Source of the DNA: Malacoraja senta
Taxonomy: Eukaryota
Reading direction: 5' to 3'
Length of the DNA: 64,000 nucleotides
Assembly: GCA_038087875.1 (NCBI GenBank)
Contig: CM075989.1
Location: 22,012,001 to 22,076,000 of the forward strand
In this document: in pieces, positions 36,913 through 49,654 of the stretch
Layout: every line of letters starts with the position of its first letter
Position numbering within the stretch: position 1 is the stretch's first letter
Position numbers and translations under genes: made by a program
Notes under the pieces: generated by a model
The model's input: the letters and a program-made list of their open reading frames with translations, nothing else
The model's database searches: none
Told to the model about the DNA's origin: nothing

Positions 36913-37403
36913 TGGTAGGATAGTTTTGTAAACTAGCCTCGGCAATTCCTTGTTTCTATTTCTGAGCTGTCTGATTCACTTCTACTACCCCTTCCTAGTT
37001 TAATATCATCCACAAATGTTACCTGGTTGCTATGAATCAACAACAACAACAACAATCAGTTTTATTAGTCACATTGCCCATAAAGTGCAAGTGAAATGAA
37101 TTTGCCAGCAGCGAGCGGTACAATGATCTGTGCATGAATGTAAACTATAAAGAATGATTCCGATATAAAGATCTGGAGATGCCACTTAATGTTTGTTCCA
37201 GCCTCATGCTGGTTCTCAGCCATTATGGACTGTTTCCTATTCAGTAACAGATACCACATTTAAATTCTTGAGTTCCAACAGCTTTAGTTTAATTAGAAAT
37301 CCTCAGCGTGAAAATAATCAGATGCCTTTCACGATCTGGGAAACACGTTCTATTGTGCCTTCCCATTAATGGCCCAGCTTCATTTATCCAAGAGCTTATC
37401 CAA

Positions 37404-37745
37404 AGGGTGGCACAATGGCGCAATGGTAGAGCTGCTGCCTCACAGCGCCAGAGACCCGGTTTAGACTTTGACCTCGTGTGCTGACTACGTGGAATTTGCA
37501 TGGTCTCCCTGTGACTGCGTGGGTTTCGTCCGGGTGCTCCAGATTCCTCCCACATCCCAAAGACATGCAGGTTTGTAGGTTAATTGTCTTCTGTTATATG
37601 CTCCTAGTGTGGAGTAGGATGACTGGTGTGGTCAATGGTCAGTATGGACTTGGTGGGCCACAGGGCATGCTTCCATGGTGTTCACTAAACTAATTTAAAC
37701 CATACTGAACTAAACTAAACTAAACTAAACTAATGTAAACTAAAC
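37404..37745 (+). mobile_element. HE1-like V-SINE
   Basis: head, V-domain, long (CTAAA)n tail. Confidence 0.88.
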
Positions 37746-38422
37746 TCATCAGCTCAGGCAGCATCCGTAGTTCAGAGCACAAATTTTATCCCAAAACCAC
37801 CTTTAGTTGATCATTTTTTTCTAGAATATCGGACTTATGGAGAGATATGAGCACAAAAGTTTTGTTCTATGTAGAAGGGTCTCAACCTGAATCATTGCCT
37901 ATCCATGTTCACCAGAGATGCTGCCTGACCTATTGAGTTACTCCAGCATTTGTATCTTTGTTTGATTTGTAAACCAGTATCTGTAGTTCCTTGTGTCTAC
38001 ACTATGAATGCTGATTTCTTTGCAACTGCATCTTTACTCCTTGCTAACAATACTACCACTCAAAGAAAAGTTGATAAGTAAGTAAGTAAATTGTATTTAT
38101 TTATTTATTTGATGTCTTCTCCACAGTCAACTGTCAATGGAAATGTCTGAAAGTTAGAAGATTGGCATATTATTTAGATATGATAAGCCACATATTTGCT
38201 ATAAACTTAGCTGATTATATCTTGGGACAGGACATGATGAGAGCATTTGCTTTAAATGCTATTGGAGCATCTACAGTGTTGTCTTACATTGTATGACATA
38301 ATGATAAAGCAGAATCTGAAAAGTTCATGTAATTCCTGTCCTGAAGTCCTGCCATCCAGCTAAAAGATTCACGATTCTCCCTCCCTTTTCATTACATGGA
38401 TAAATATTATTTTTCATCAAAA

Positions 38423-38725
38423 TTTAGTTTAGTTTAGTTTAGAGATACAGCACAGAAACAGGCCCTTCGGCCCATCTGACCAGCAATCCCCGCACACTAA
38501 CAGTATGCTGCACCCACTAGGGACAATTTACAATTTTACCATGCCAATTAACCTACAAACCTGTTCGTCTTTGGAGTGTTGGAGGAAACCGGAGCACCCA
38601 AAGAAAACTCACGCAGGTCACGGAGAGAACGTACAAACTCCGTACAGACAGCACCCGTAGTCAGGATCAAACCCGTGTCTCTGGCGCTGTGAGGCAGCAA
38701 CTCTACCGCTGCTCCACCGTGCCCT
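38423..38725 (-). mobile_element. HE1-like V-SINE
   Basis: head, V-domain and tail on reverse strand. Confidence 0.9.
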
Positions 38726-38847
38726 ACCGTCAGGTGATTCACACTTCAGGTTAATTGTAAGTTGGGTATTATGAGGTGTAAACAGCATATATGAGGTGTA
38801 AATAGTTATCATTTATTGGATAGAAATATTGATCTCTGGCTGTACAA

Positions 38848-39210
38848 TTTAGTTCAGTTTAGTTTAGTTTAGTTAATCATCGTCACGTGTACCGAGGTAC
38901 AGTGAAAAGTTTTTTTTGTTGCATGCTACCCAGTCAGTGTAAAGACTATCCATGATTACAATCAAGCCATCCACAGTATACCGATACAGGCTAAAGGGAA
39001 TAACGTTTAGTGCAACATCAAGTTCAGTAAAGTCCGATTAAAGATAGTTCAAAAGTCTCCAATGAGGTGGATGGATGATCTCGGAGAAAACCCACGCAGG
39101 TGATGGGGAGAACCTACTAACTCCATACAGACAGTGGCCGTAGTCAGGATCGAACCTGGGTCTCTGGTGCTGTAAGGCGGCAGTCATACCTCTGTGCCAC
39201 CGTGCCACCC
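38848..39210 (-). mobile_element. Rex-type 3' UTR (38848-39075) joined to the 5' half of a V-SINE (39076-39210)
   Basis: both motifs adjacent on the minus strand. Confidence 0.75.
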
Positions 39211-39919
39211 CGCTTGGTGTCATGGTCGGCGTAGACATGGTAGACTGTAGGACCTGTTCCTGTACTCGACTCTCTGTGCTCTAATTGAATTCTTCAGTGT
39301 TGAATACTTGAAGCGTTTCAAAGGTTACAGTGAGATGGCAGGGGAATGGTGTTGAGAGGGGAAAAGTAGATTAGACCTGATCGAAAGGTGGAGTAGACTT
39401 GATGCGCTGAATGGCCTAATTCTGCTACTATGATTTATGGTCTTATGAAGTTACCTACCCTCAGAGTCCTGCAATTAATCGTAAGAAAATCTCTTCAGCC
39501 TCTGTGTTGTTGGTCACACCTCAGTCTGGAAAGAATATGGAAATATATCTGGAATGTACTGACTCCTGTAAAATTAAAAAATTAAAAAAGCAATAAATGA
39601 ATAAATTTATTCTTGAGGAGAAAAAAGAATAGACAACTCTGCAACAGATTAAAAATAATACAAGAGCATCATTAAGAACAGTCATAGAAAAACAATGCAG
39701 ACAATCCTCATTGTAAATAGGGGAGGGTGGTGACATCACGCTCGTCATTGCGGATTGTCCGCTATAACCAAGTGAGGGGGGTAAATATGAACTGGTTTAA
39801 GCCAAGTCTGGGTGGGAAGAAGCCTAGTGATGGGCGTAGGGTGGAGGGGTGGAAGGGGGGTTTACACCCGGGGGGTGTTCACAGACCGGGGAGCCATCAC
39901 CTTTCCACTGCCCAATGGT

Positions 39920-40388
39920 GTCATAAGGTCATAAGTGATAGGAATAGAATTAGGCCAATCAGCCCATGAAGGCTACTCCGTCATTCAATCATGGCTGATC
40001 TATCTCTCCTTCCGAACCCCATTCTCCTTCCTTCTCCCCATAACCTCTGACACCCGTACTAATCAAGAATCTATCTATCTTTGCCTTAAAAATATCCACT
40101 GATGGCCTCCATAGCCTTCTGTGGCAATGAATTCCTCAGATTCACCACCCTCTGACTAAAGAAATTTCACCTCATCTCCTTCCTAAAAGAACATCCTTTA
40201 ATTCTGAGGCTGTGACCTCTAGTCCTGGACTCTCCCACTAGTGGAAACATCCTCTCCACATCCGCTCTATCCAGGCCTTTCACTATTCTGCACATTTCAA
40301 TGAGGTGCCCCCTCATTCTTCTAAACTCCAGCGTGTACAGGCCCAGTGCCGTCAAAAGCTCATCATAGGTTAAACCACTCATTCCTGG
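39920..40388 (-). mobile_element. CR1 3' end (subfamily A)
   Basis: IPGMSGLTYDELLTALGLYTLEFRRMRGHLIE..RIVKGLDR.DVERMFPLVGESRTRGHSLRIKG. Confidence 0.92.
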
Positions 40389-41534
40389 TATGTGGCGCTC
40401 CACCCACATCGGTCCAGTGTAGCCAAAATCCACTATAACGAGGTCTGTAATACCAAGAGTTGGCAGATAGATGCTCTACATTCTGCAAATGGATGAATTG
40501 TCAAAAGGTTACTTCTTGTCTAGTAACTCCTGCATTCCTGCCCCTTCTCCTCTCTCCCCCTCCCCCTCCCCCTCATATTGTTTAAAGTGGGAATGGTCGT
40601 TTTTAAGCTTTTATTCACAAATTCTTGAAGTTGCGCAAGAGATCTTATTGCAGATATCATTGTATTTTTTAATGCATCTCTGCTATCTCTGATGCGAGTA
40701 TCTATAGTGTTGTAGAAATGAAAATGTTTTCACTTTACACCTGATAATGTTTTAGCACAATCAAAGAAGGTATCAAATTAATTAGGCCTGATATTGACCA
40801 CTTCCTGACCAAAATCGTCACCTACCCTTTTCCTCCAGACCTGCTGAGTTACTCCATCACTTTGTGTCTATCTTTAGAGCTGACCAAAGTTATTTTACTG
40901 ATGGCTCCAAGAAGACATTTATTCCTCCTGACTGGGACCAATCTGAGATTGAAGTAAATATTTCAACACATGATAATCCTATTTAAGATTATACTAAGGT
41001 TATAATAATAAATATATTTTAAGTGGCATTTCTGCAATAGCACAACTTGTAGGACTAGTTAAATGTAGACCTTGAAACTTGTGTCTATCTTCGTTGAAAC
41101 TTTGCTTCAGTTTTTTGCAGGCCATTCTAAATTTAGGGATGATTTATTGAATTGTGTCTTTGCGGGTCTGTGTTCTCAGACCTTGGGCTGTTTTTTGCCT
41201 CTAACTACAGATCAAGGGAAGGAATGTATAAACAAGGAACTTCAACATTCCATTGGGTTAATTGATCCCAAATGCTATTTGGCATTGATTATTGGCACAT
41301 ACATTTCTTTCTCCCCGTTATTTATTTACAGTTCTTGATCAACATTTCAAACAACACTTAAAGAAATATTTGATCGCTAGGTGTTATCCAGAAATTAATT
41401 GAAAAATTACAAATACAAGTGATTTTCTTTTTTTGGTCGTCTAAGGTTTAAATTTTGCTCTCATTCTAGTAGCTCTGTTTAAGAGTTGCTGCTCTGATGT
41501 GCAGTATCAAAATTGATTTCTCCACTTGGATATT

Positions 41535-41938
41535 TTTTGTAGGTTAATTCACTTCAGTAAAGATTGTAAATTGTCCCTAGTGTGTCGGATAGTGCTAGTG
41601 TTCAGGGAAACTGCTGGTCGGCGCTGACTAGGTGGACCAAAGGGCTTGTTGCCCTGCTGTAAACTAAGCTAAACATAGAGTGATACAGTCATAGAGTGAT
41701 ATAGTGTGGAAAAAGGCCCTTCAGCCGAACTTGCCCACACCGGACAACAATGTCCCAGCTACACTAGTCCCACTTGCCTGCGCTTGGTCCATATCACTCC
41801 AAACCTGTCCTATTCATGTACCTGTCTAACTGTCTCTTAAACGATGGGATAGTCCCAGCCTTAACTACCTCCTCTGGCAGCTTGTTCCATACACCTACCA
41901 CCCTTTGTGTTTAAAAGTTGTCCTAAACTAAACCAAAC
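41535..41938. mobile_element. 3' half of V-SINE (+) with a CR1-C end (-, 41674-41920) inserted in its (CTAAA)n tail
   Basis: CTAAA units on both sides of the CR1. Confidence 0.8.
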
Positions 41939-42293
41939 ATGTTCTGCAGATTTTTTCACGTGTCATTCTGTAACCAATCACTCTACCCACTTAAACAGAC
42001 ATTTTTGTTAAGCTCTATCTGATATTTTTGAAATTAATTTTTTAAATGAGTTCTCCCTTCTTTTTCTGTTGCCGACATGGAAATATTTTCTTAACTCTGA
42101 GAGAATGCGAAGCACTACAGGAGGACTGAAAACCACAGAGATCTAAGATTTCAAAGAACTTACATGTTTCACTATAAAATTCAAGTCAAGAATGTTTAAT
42201 TGTCATATGTATCAACAACGAACAAAGAAATTCTTACTTGCTGCAACTTAACAGGCCCGTAAATGCAATAACACATCGATAATATATAATAAT

Positions 42294-42640
42294 TAGAGCC
42301 AGGATGTTTAAGCACCAAAAAACTCTGAAAATAGGCAGGCAAAAAGGCATAATAAAATTACAAAAGAGGCACGAAAAAGGCATTTTTTGTCAAAAAATAG
42401 CATGAAAAAGGCATGTATTTCCACCATCAAAATATGGTTAAAAATGATCATATCAAGGTATTCTACATTAAATTACCAAAGTTGCCTGGTTGCACATAAT
42501 TACTAGCATTTTTTTTTCAAATTATCTGGTGTTAAACTATGCCGTCTGTCAGACAGAATATGCTTCAGTTGTGAAAAACGTCTTTCTACCTCAGCTGAGG
42601 TCACTGGTGCATACCCAAAACAAGCTACAGGCTCTATATT
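42294..42640 (-). mobile_element. hAT-superfamily DNA transposon 3' end with transposase C-terminus (42468-42640, one frameshift)
   Basis: minus strand ACFGYAPVTSAEVERRFSQLKHILSDRRHSLTPDNLKK/MLVIMCN (hATC dimerisation-type motif); subterminal AGGCA repeats; terminus TAGAGCC. Confidence 0.8.
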
Positions 42641-42730
42641 CACGTAAAAATACAATTAATATATAGCTGTCTTACAAGAAACAAGAGAGATAAACGATGG
42701 AAAAATTCCATGTATTACTAATTTAAAGCA

Positions 42731-43008
42731 GGGTGGCACAGAGGCACAGCAGTAGAGTTGCTGCCTTACAGCGCCAGAGACCCGGATTCGATGCTGACTA
42801 CGGGTGCTGTCTGTGTGGAGGCTCCCTGTGACCGCGTTGGTTTTCTCCGGGTGCTCCGGTTTCCTCCCACATTCCAAAGGCATGCAGGTTTGTAAGTTAA
42901 TTGTCTTCTGTAAATTTTCGCTAGAACGAGTGTATGGGTGATAGCTGGTCGGCATCAACTCAGTCGGCCATAGAGCCTGTTTTTGTGTTGTTTCTCTAAA
43001 GACTAAAC
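42731..43008 (+). mobile_element. HE1-like V-SINE
   Basis: head, V-domain, tail. Confidence 0.88.
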
Positions 43009-43277
43009 TCAAAGTTTGTATATGTCCATTGAATTAATTTTGTAATTTCAGATATGAGCAAGATGGATCATTTACTAACTTAGTTTAATCAGAATGATGT
43101 TTTCATGAACTTTTGCTTAGTTTGGACTATATTTGAAATGTCTGAATTTTCAGCAACTTGGCTGGTGGAGCTCAATGACATAAATTCATGTTTGGCATAT
43201 TTGTATCCCCAAAATTATCATTTATATGACACTCCTTCAAATTAGAACTTTCAACAAGCTGAAATATTCATTCAATG

Positions 43278-43408
43278 CTTTACTCTCCATGTGAGTCTCC
43301 TTGAACTCGACTTCATCTAATTTAATCACAATGATCGGCTTTCTTCTCCTTTAGGTATTTGCCCAGTTTTCACTTGATGCTATTTGCATCAACTGCTCCT
43401 CGGAGTCA
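43278..43408 (-). repeat. 131-bp inverted duplicate of 31771-31901
   Basis: manual alignment: 2 mismatches, no gaps. Confidence 0.95.
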
Positions 43409-43620
43409 CAGAGCCATAGAGTCATTCAGCGTGGAAACAGGCCTTTAGGCCCAACTTGCCCACACCAACCAACATGTCCCATCTACACTAGTCCCACCTG
43501 CCTGCATTTGGCCCATATCCCTCTAAACCTGTCCAATCCAGATATATTTCTAATTGTTTCTTAAACGTTGTGATAGTCCTTGCCTTAACTACCTCCTCTG
43601 GCAGCTCATTCCATACACCC
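43405..43620 (-). mobile_element. CR1 3' end (subfamily C)
   Basis: conserved tail on reverse strand. Confidence 0.88.
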
Positions 43621-44379
43621 AACCAGAAGACCCATGAGGGGAGGACTGCCGTGAGGGATGTGGTGGGGGGGGGGGGGAGAACAAAGGAATGGGATGCTTT
43701 GTAACTCTGTCAGCGCCCTTTAAGTGGCAACTCTTTGCATACCTTGGATACGCAAAACAAAGAATATCGCTGTGACTTAATAACGTATTTATTCATTCAT
43801 TCATCAATTCGCCACCCTTTGTGCGAAACTTGTGGAAATATTTTAACTTCGTCATAACTTTAATTGTGCTTGGTGTTCTGGTACGAAATTTGAAACAAGA
43901 GATAAATATAAAATTGAGAATCAAACACTTTCTGTTGTCATTAACAAAGATAAAAAGCAATAAGCACCAGAGAAACAAAGAATTATCTTATCTGGCCGTG
44001 ATGACCATTATAGTGTCCACATACCATGTTTATATATTTATCTAATGGTATATGGACACTATAATGGTATATGGACACACTGATCTGTTTTGCAGTCAAT
44101 GCCTACTATGTTCTGTTGTGCTGAAGCAAAGCAAGAATTTCATTGTCCTATCAGGGACACATGACAATAGACTCTCTTGAATATCTTGAACAACTTGTGT
44201 ACCATAAATGACAAATTATGTTTAAATTTGAACCTGAAATAACATTTGTAACCTTGCAAAGTCTGCCCTTTATATGCGGAGATACATCGTTCACCTGCAA
44301 GGGGGCTCATAGATGATTTGGTTATGGATTAAAATGTTTTATTGCGAATATTTTGGCCACTGTTGTGTAAAATGAAGAG

Positions 44380-45820
44380 TAGGCGGACCGGTGACTCTAC
44401 TTAGAAGTTTAAAGAGATTTGAATATTTCAACAAACTTCTTCAGGTGGACTGTAGAAAACATCCTGACTGGTTCGTTGCATCATGGCCAGATAAGACAAT
44501 TCCAAAGCACCAGACAATTCCAAAGCACCAGAACACAAGAGGTGCAGGGAGTGGTGGTCTCAGCCTGTTTGAATTTAGTTTATTGTCACGTGTGTCGAGG
44601 TACAGTGAAAAGCTTTTGTTACATGCTAACCAGTCAGCGGAAAGACAGGAACGGGTGTCAGGGGTTATGGGGAGAAGACAGGAAAATGGGATTAAGAGGC
44701 AGAGATCAGCCATTATTGAATGGCAATAGACAATAGACAATAGGTGCAGGAGTAGGCCATTTGGCCCTTCGAGCCAGCACTGCCATTCAATGTGATCATG
44801 GCTGATCATAGTGGACTTGATGGGCTGAATGGCTTAATTTTACTCCTATAATTTGTGAACGTGAAAGACTATACATGATTACAATCGAGCCGTCCACAGT
44901 TTACAGATACATGATAAGGGAATAACATTTAGTGCAAGGTAAAGCCAGTAAAGTCTGATCAAAGATAATCCAAGGGTCTCCAATGAGGTGTATATCAGTT
45001 CAGGACCTCTCTCTAGTTAGGGTAGATGGTTCAGTTGGCTGATAACAGCTGGGAAGAATGCTCCATCACGGACACAGCCATCCCCACCATGGACAACATC
45101 TACTCAAGGAACTGCCTCAAGAAGGTAGCATTTATCTTCGAGGAACCCCACCATCTGTGGCAATGCCCTCTTCTCACCGCTACCATGAGGTAGGAGGTAC
45201 AGAAGTCTGAAATCTCACACCACCAGGTTCAGGGTGGCACAGTGGTGCAGCGGTAGAGTTGCTGCCTTATAGCGCCAGAGACCCAGGTTCGATCCTGATT
45301 ATGGGTGCTGTTTGTAAGGAGTTTCACGTTCTCCCCGTGACCCCATGGGTTTTCCCCAGGTGCTCCGGTTTCCTCCCACACTCCAAAGACATACAGGCTT
45401 GTAAGTTAATTGGCTTCGGTAAAGGTCGTAAATTGTCTCTCGTAGGATAGTATTAGCGTGTGGGGATCGCTGGTCGGCGCGGGCTCGGTAGACCGAAGGG
45501 CCTGTTTCCGTGTTGTATCGCTAAACTAAATTAAACTAAGTGCTACTTTCCCAAAGCCCTCAGGCTCTTGAACTGTTCTGCACGACCCTAATCCTACCTC
45601 AGCAAAAGAACATCATGGACTATCTCTTAAACATCTATGTACTTTTTTTCCAATTGTGTTTTTCACTAATGTCTTGTTTTGCATTAGTGAGTTTTGTTCT
45701 TTTCACAGACTTGTGTGTTGTCTGAGACTGTGTGCCTGTGATGTGGCTGCAAGCAAGGTTTCCAATGTACCTGTACCTCAACGTGCCCGTGTCCAGACAA
45801 TAAATTCAACTTAACTTGGC
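44380..45820 (+). mobile_element. Rex1/Babar LINE 3' portion hosting nested insertions
   Basis: TNFFRWTVENILTG (~44430-44470); frame resumes ~45062 (SITDTAIPTMDNIY) and ~45540 (YFPKALRLLN). Confidence 0.75.
45231..45539 (+). mobile_element. HE1-like V-SINE, full length
   Basis: head, V-domain, (CTAAA)n tail. Confidence 0.92.
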
Positions 45821-46059
45821 AGACTCTAAAAGGGAGATATATTACAGCTAGCGGCAAAAGCAAAATACACTTTTAAATTCTGTGAATAAAATGTCAAAGC
45901 AATGAAATGTTACTTGCATGGAAAAGCATTTATGGAACCATATTTGTCTGTCTTTACTGTACGTGAATAATAATTTGTCTGCAGATTAATAATAACTTGT
46001 ACTGAAAAGATTGGCTAGCTGGGAGATTGGGAAAGTTATTCCTCCAATTTATTCTCTTA

Positions 46060-46250
46060 TTCTCTCTTCCATATTGTGTTTTTGATTTTTGTTTTTGGAT
46101 TGAATTCTCTCTTTAATTTGTGTACTCGTGACGTCTTTACTATTTATTTCATTCCGCTTACATGTTTCTACACTTTGTTAAACTTTGTAAGGTGTCCTTG
46201 AGACTTTTGAAAGGCGCCCATAAATAAAATGTATTATTATTATTATTATT
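46060..46250 (+). mobile_element. L2-type LINE 3' tail
   Basis: tgtaaggtgtccttgag...gaaaggcgcccataaataaaatg(tat)n. Confidence 0.7.
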
Positions 46251-46980
46251 AATTTCCAAACTTCAAGTATCATCATCAGCAAGATGGAAGAAAATGTCAT
46301 ATTTATTATTTTATGTTTTATTCTATAACTTTTCTGGCTTTGGGCCCTTCTTTAACTAAGCTTGTTTCCCTTAGTTTTTCATTTTTACAGTATGTGCCTT
46401 GCTAGAAAGTGAAAAAAGATGACTGTTTTGAAAATGTAATGTACTGGAAACCTGTGAGCATGTTGTGAAGTCTTTGTTAACTAAATATTTTGATAGCAGT
46501 TCCACAATACAATACACATCTGACGAAACTTGAAAGTTCTGAGCTACAAAAGAAACTGAAGCTGGTAATGTGGAAGAACTGCAGGAGGTTTAAATAAGCC
46601 AGCATCTAATACCCTTAAACAATCAAATTAGTTTGTTTGTGTTAGAACTCAAATTGTCTGGAACATTCACCAAACAAACCCTTCAGACTCAATATATTAG
46701 CACATTGCATTTTTCTGTGAAAAATCTCAGCCATGTAGACAATTGCATATGAAAATTTAATTGCTTAAAGGCACGATGGTTTGGTGATGTTTATTCTCTA
46801 TCTTTGTTGTTTGAAGATTGCAGCAGTTATCTGACAACACAGAAAAGAACTAACGTAAATAATGCCTTGTACTTTCGTTTCCCTCATAGTTTTCTATGAC
46901 TACTCTAATTCTGGCAAAATGGAGTTGGGCATTTAATGATAATGTACTAAAACCAGTGTATGGATGCACTGCAAGGTTAG

Positions 46981-47312
46981 CATAGAAACATAGAAACATA
47001 GAAACATAGAAAATAGTTGCAGGAGGAGGCCATTCGGCCCTTCGAACCAGCACCGCCATTCATTGTGATCATGGCTGATCGTCCCCAATCAATAACCCGT
47101 GCCTGCCTTCTCCCCATATCCCTTGATTCCACTAGCCCCTAGAGCTCTATCTACCTCTCTCTTAAATCCATCCAGTGATTTGGCCTCCACTGCCCTATGT
47201 GGCAGGGAATTCCACAAATTCACAACTCTCTGAGTGAATTTTTTTTTCTCACCTTAGTCTTAAATGGCCTCCCCTTTATTCTCAGACTGTGGCCCCTGGT
47301 TCTGGACTCCAG
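46981..47312 (-). mobile_element. CR1 3' end (subfamily B-like) with (CATAGAAA)n tail
   Basis: octamer tail typical of CR1, followed by conserved 3' region. Confidence 0.9.
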
Positions 47313-47329
47313 TGGAACTGAAGTTACTC

Positions 47330-47985
47330 ACGTTATTCCCTTTATCATGTATCTGTACACTGTGGATGGCTCGATGGTAATCATATATGACTGGTTAGCA
47401 TGCAAAAAAAGCTTTTCACTGTATCTTGGTACATGTGACAATAAACTAAACTCAACTCAACTCAATTGTTGAAATTGGTTATGGGCTAGTTGCATCGCAA
47501 CATGGTTCAACAGCATGAATGCCCTGGAATGAAGGAGATTGCAGACAGTGGTAGATATTACCCAGTCCCATCACAGATACAGATACCTTCAGAGGGATGT
47601 ACAGGAGGCACTACCTCATAAAGGCAACCAATATCATCAAAAACCCACACTAGCCTGGCCACACTCACATTTCACTCCTGCCATCGAGAAGAAGGTACAG
47701 GAGCCTGAAAACTATGACCTCCATGTTCAAGAACGGCTTCTTCCCAAGAACTATCAGGCTCTTGAACACCACACAACATCAACCTCAGCAACTATGAATG
47801 TCTATGGACTGTCTTTAGTTCCACTCTGGACTTTGTTTTTTCTTGTTGTACTAGTATTACGGTTATAAATGTATTGACTTTTTTTGTTTATTATCTATTA
47901 TCTGTGTGTATTGCATGAATGGACCTGTTACGCTGCAGCAAATAAGAATTTCATTGTCGGTACACATGACAGTACACTCTTGACT
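47330..47985 (+). mobile_element. Rex-type UTR fragment (47330-47465) followed by a degraded Rex1/Babar ORF end and UTR
   Basis: RRLQTVVDITQS...HSHFTP..RRYRSLK...FKNGFFP..IRLLN across frameshifts. Confidence 0.75.
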
Positions 47986-48519
47986 CCTGAAGCTCTGAAG
48001 TAATTTCTTGCTAGATATGTGGATAAGAAAATAATCCATATTTTCATCATAATAGGAAATATTAGGAAATAGTGCTGCATATTAAATGTATTGTGCGTGT
48101 ATCAATATGTTTGCCATATATGGTAGATCACTCTAAGCTATTTTGAACGTACATTGATGTTGTTCTTTTGACAATTTGAGTTTCTGAAAAAGTTTTCAAT
48201 GTTTGAAATTAAGAGATGGTAGGATTTCTGTTTGTCTAAAGTATTGTTTAGTTAGTGGTCACACAAGGTTATTCGGCTTCTGTAACCTGTCCCTAGTGTG
48301 GAGGGCATATAACTAGTTTGAACGGGTGTTTGGATGGCTGGCATAGACTCGGTGAGCTGAAGGGCCTGTTCCCATGCTGTATTTCTAAACAAAGCTAAGC
48401 TAAGCTTACCTTTCTTCTCATTACCAAATACATACCGATCAATGAAAGTTCTGTTTATCTAATTGTCCCACTTAATTTTTCCCCGATCTCTGCGTTCCTC
48501 CATTTTCTTTTATTCCACA

Positions 48520-48760
48520 CTTGGCAGGCCAGCATTTAGCTGTCTATGTTCAAGACTCCAATTTTCTCCCCCTGGATCTCTCTTTCTCTACCTCTCACTC
48601 CTCCTTGCAATCTGCCTTGATGAATACGTTTCTAGTTACCTGTTAGGTCTTTTTGGTTGGATTTCTAACTTTATCTGATAAATTCCCCTCAAGTGCCCTT
48701 GGAAATGTCTTCAGGTTCTGCTATGAACTTGCTACACAAGTGCACGTTGCTGTTTCTGTT
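48520..48760 (+). mobile_element. old L2-type LINE 3' end
   Basis: degenerate ctctctttctctacctctcactcctcctt...ctgataa..gtgcccttgg..caagtgcacgttgctgtt. Confidence 0.5.
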
Positions 48761-49654
48761 ATTGTAAAATTAATGGGCCAAGTCTTGTTGGCTGTGACCT
48801 ACAACACTGAAGAAAACCTCTGCATTCATCTATTCAAACAAAGCTTATGCGCAAGTAGGACTCACAGATTATTTTTGGTTCACCCCTCCACTGACTTCCC
48901 CTCTCCTAACCCCCCATATTTATCCGTTTATCATGCCACTTTGGTCGGCCACTATCTTGCCAAGATTTCCACTGAGCTCCTCATTCTCAGACCCTTTGCC
49001 AGATCTGACGCTACAATGATTTGAATGGGGATTCCAGATTCGTTGTTCAGCAGATAAGAAAAATAAAAGCTAGAATCTATTTTTGTTACTTTGTTTTAAT
49101 TTAATATTCCCTATTAGTTTTAAGTAATTTTATGTGTTCTAAATATTTTGTTTAGATATTTGATAGTTGATGGTATTGCTAATTATTTAATTCAATTGCA
49201 ATAATATTTAATATATCAAAACACGAATTGCTGGAGGAATTCAGAGATCAGGCAGGGATTGAAGTGACAACATTTCAGGTTGGAACCCTTCTTCAGTGAT
49301 GTCAGAACATGGTTGAACAGCAGAAGAGCAGTAGGAAACTTAGAAGGGAAACTGTGAGAGAGGGTTTCGAAGAACAGGGCCTGTTTCCACACAGTATGAC
49401 CCTCTATGACATAACTCTCTTCAAAGAGAGGAGGAGAACTTTGTCAAAGTTACACTACTCTTTTGCAGTGGAGCAGTAAAATGGAGACACAAGAAACTGC
49501 TGCTGCTGAAATCTTAATCAAAACGCAAAGTGATGGACGCACTCAGCGGGCCAGGCAGCATCTTCGAAGGGAATCTTCGAAGCATCTTCGAAGGGAATGC
49601 ACAGGTGACCATTCAGGTCAGGACCCTTCTTCAGAAACATTCAAAGGGCACAGC

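Noticed and set aside
39725..40450. Possible Tigger/pogo-like MITE (cc.ctataac repeats) split by a CR1
   Set aside because: Only one plausible terminus; too little evidence to classify.
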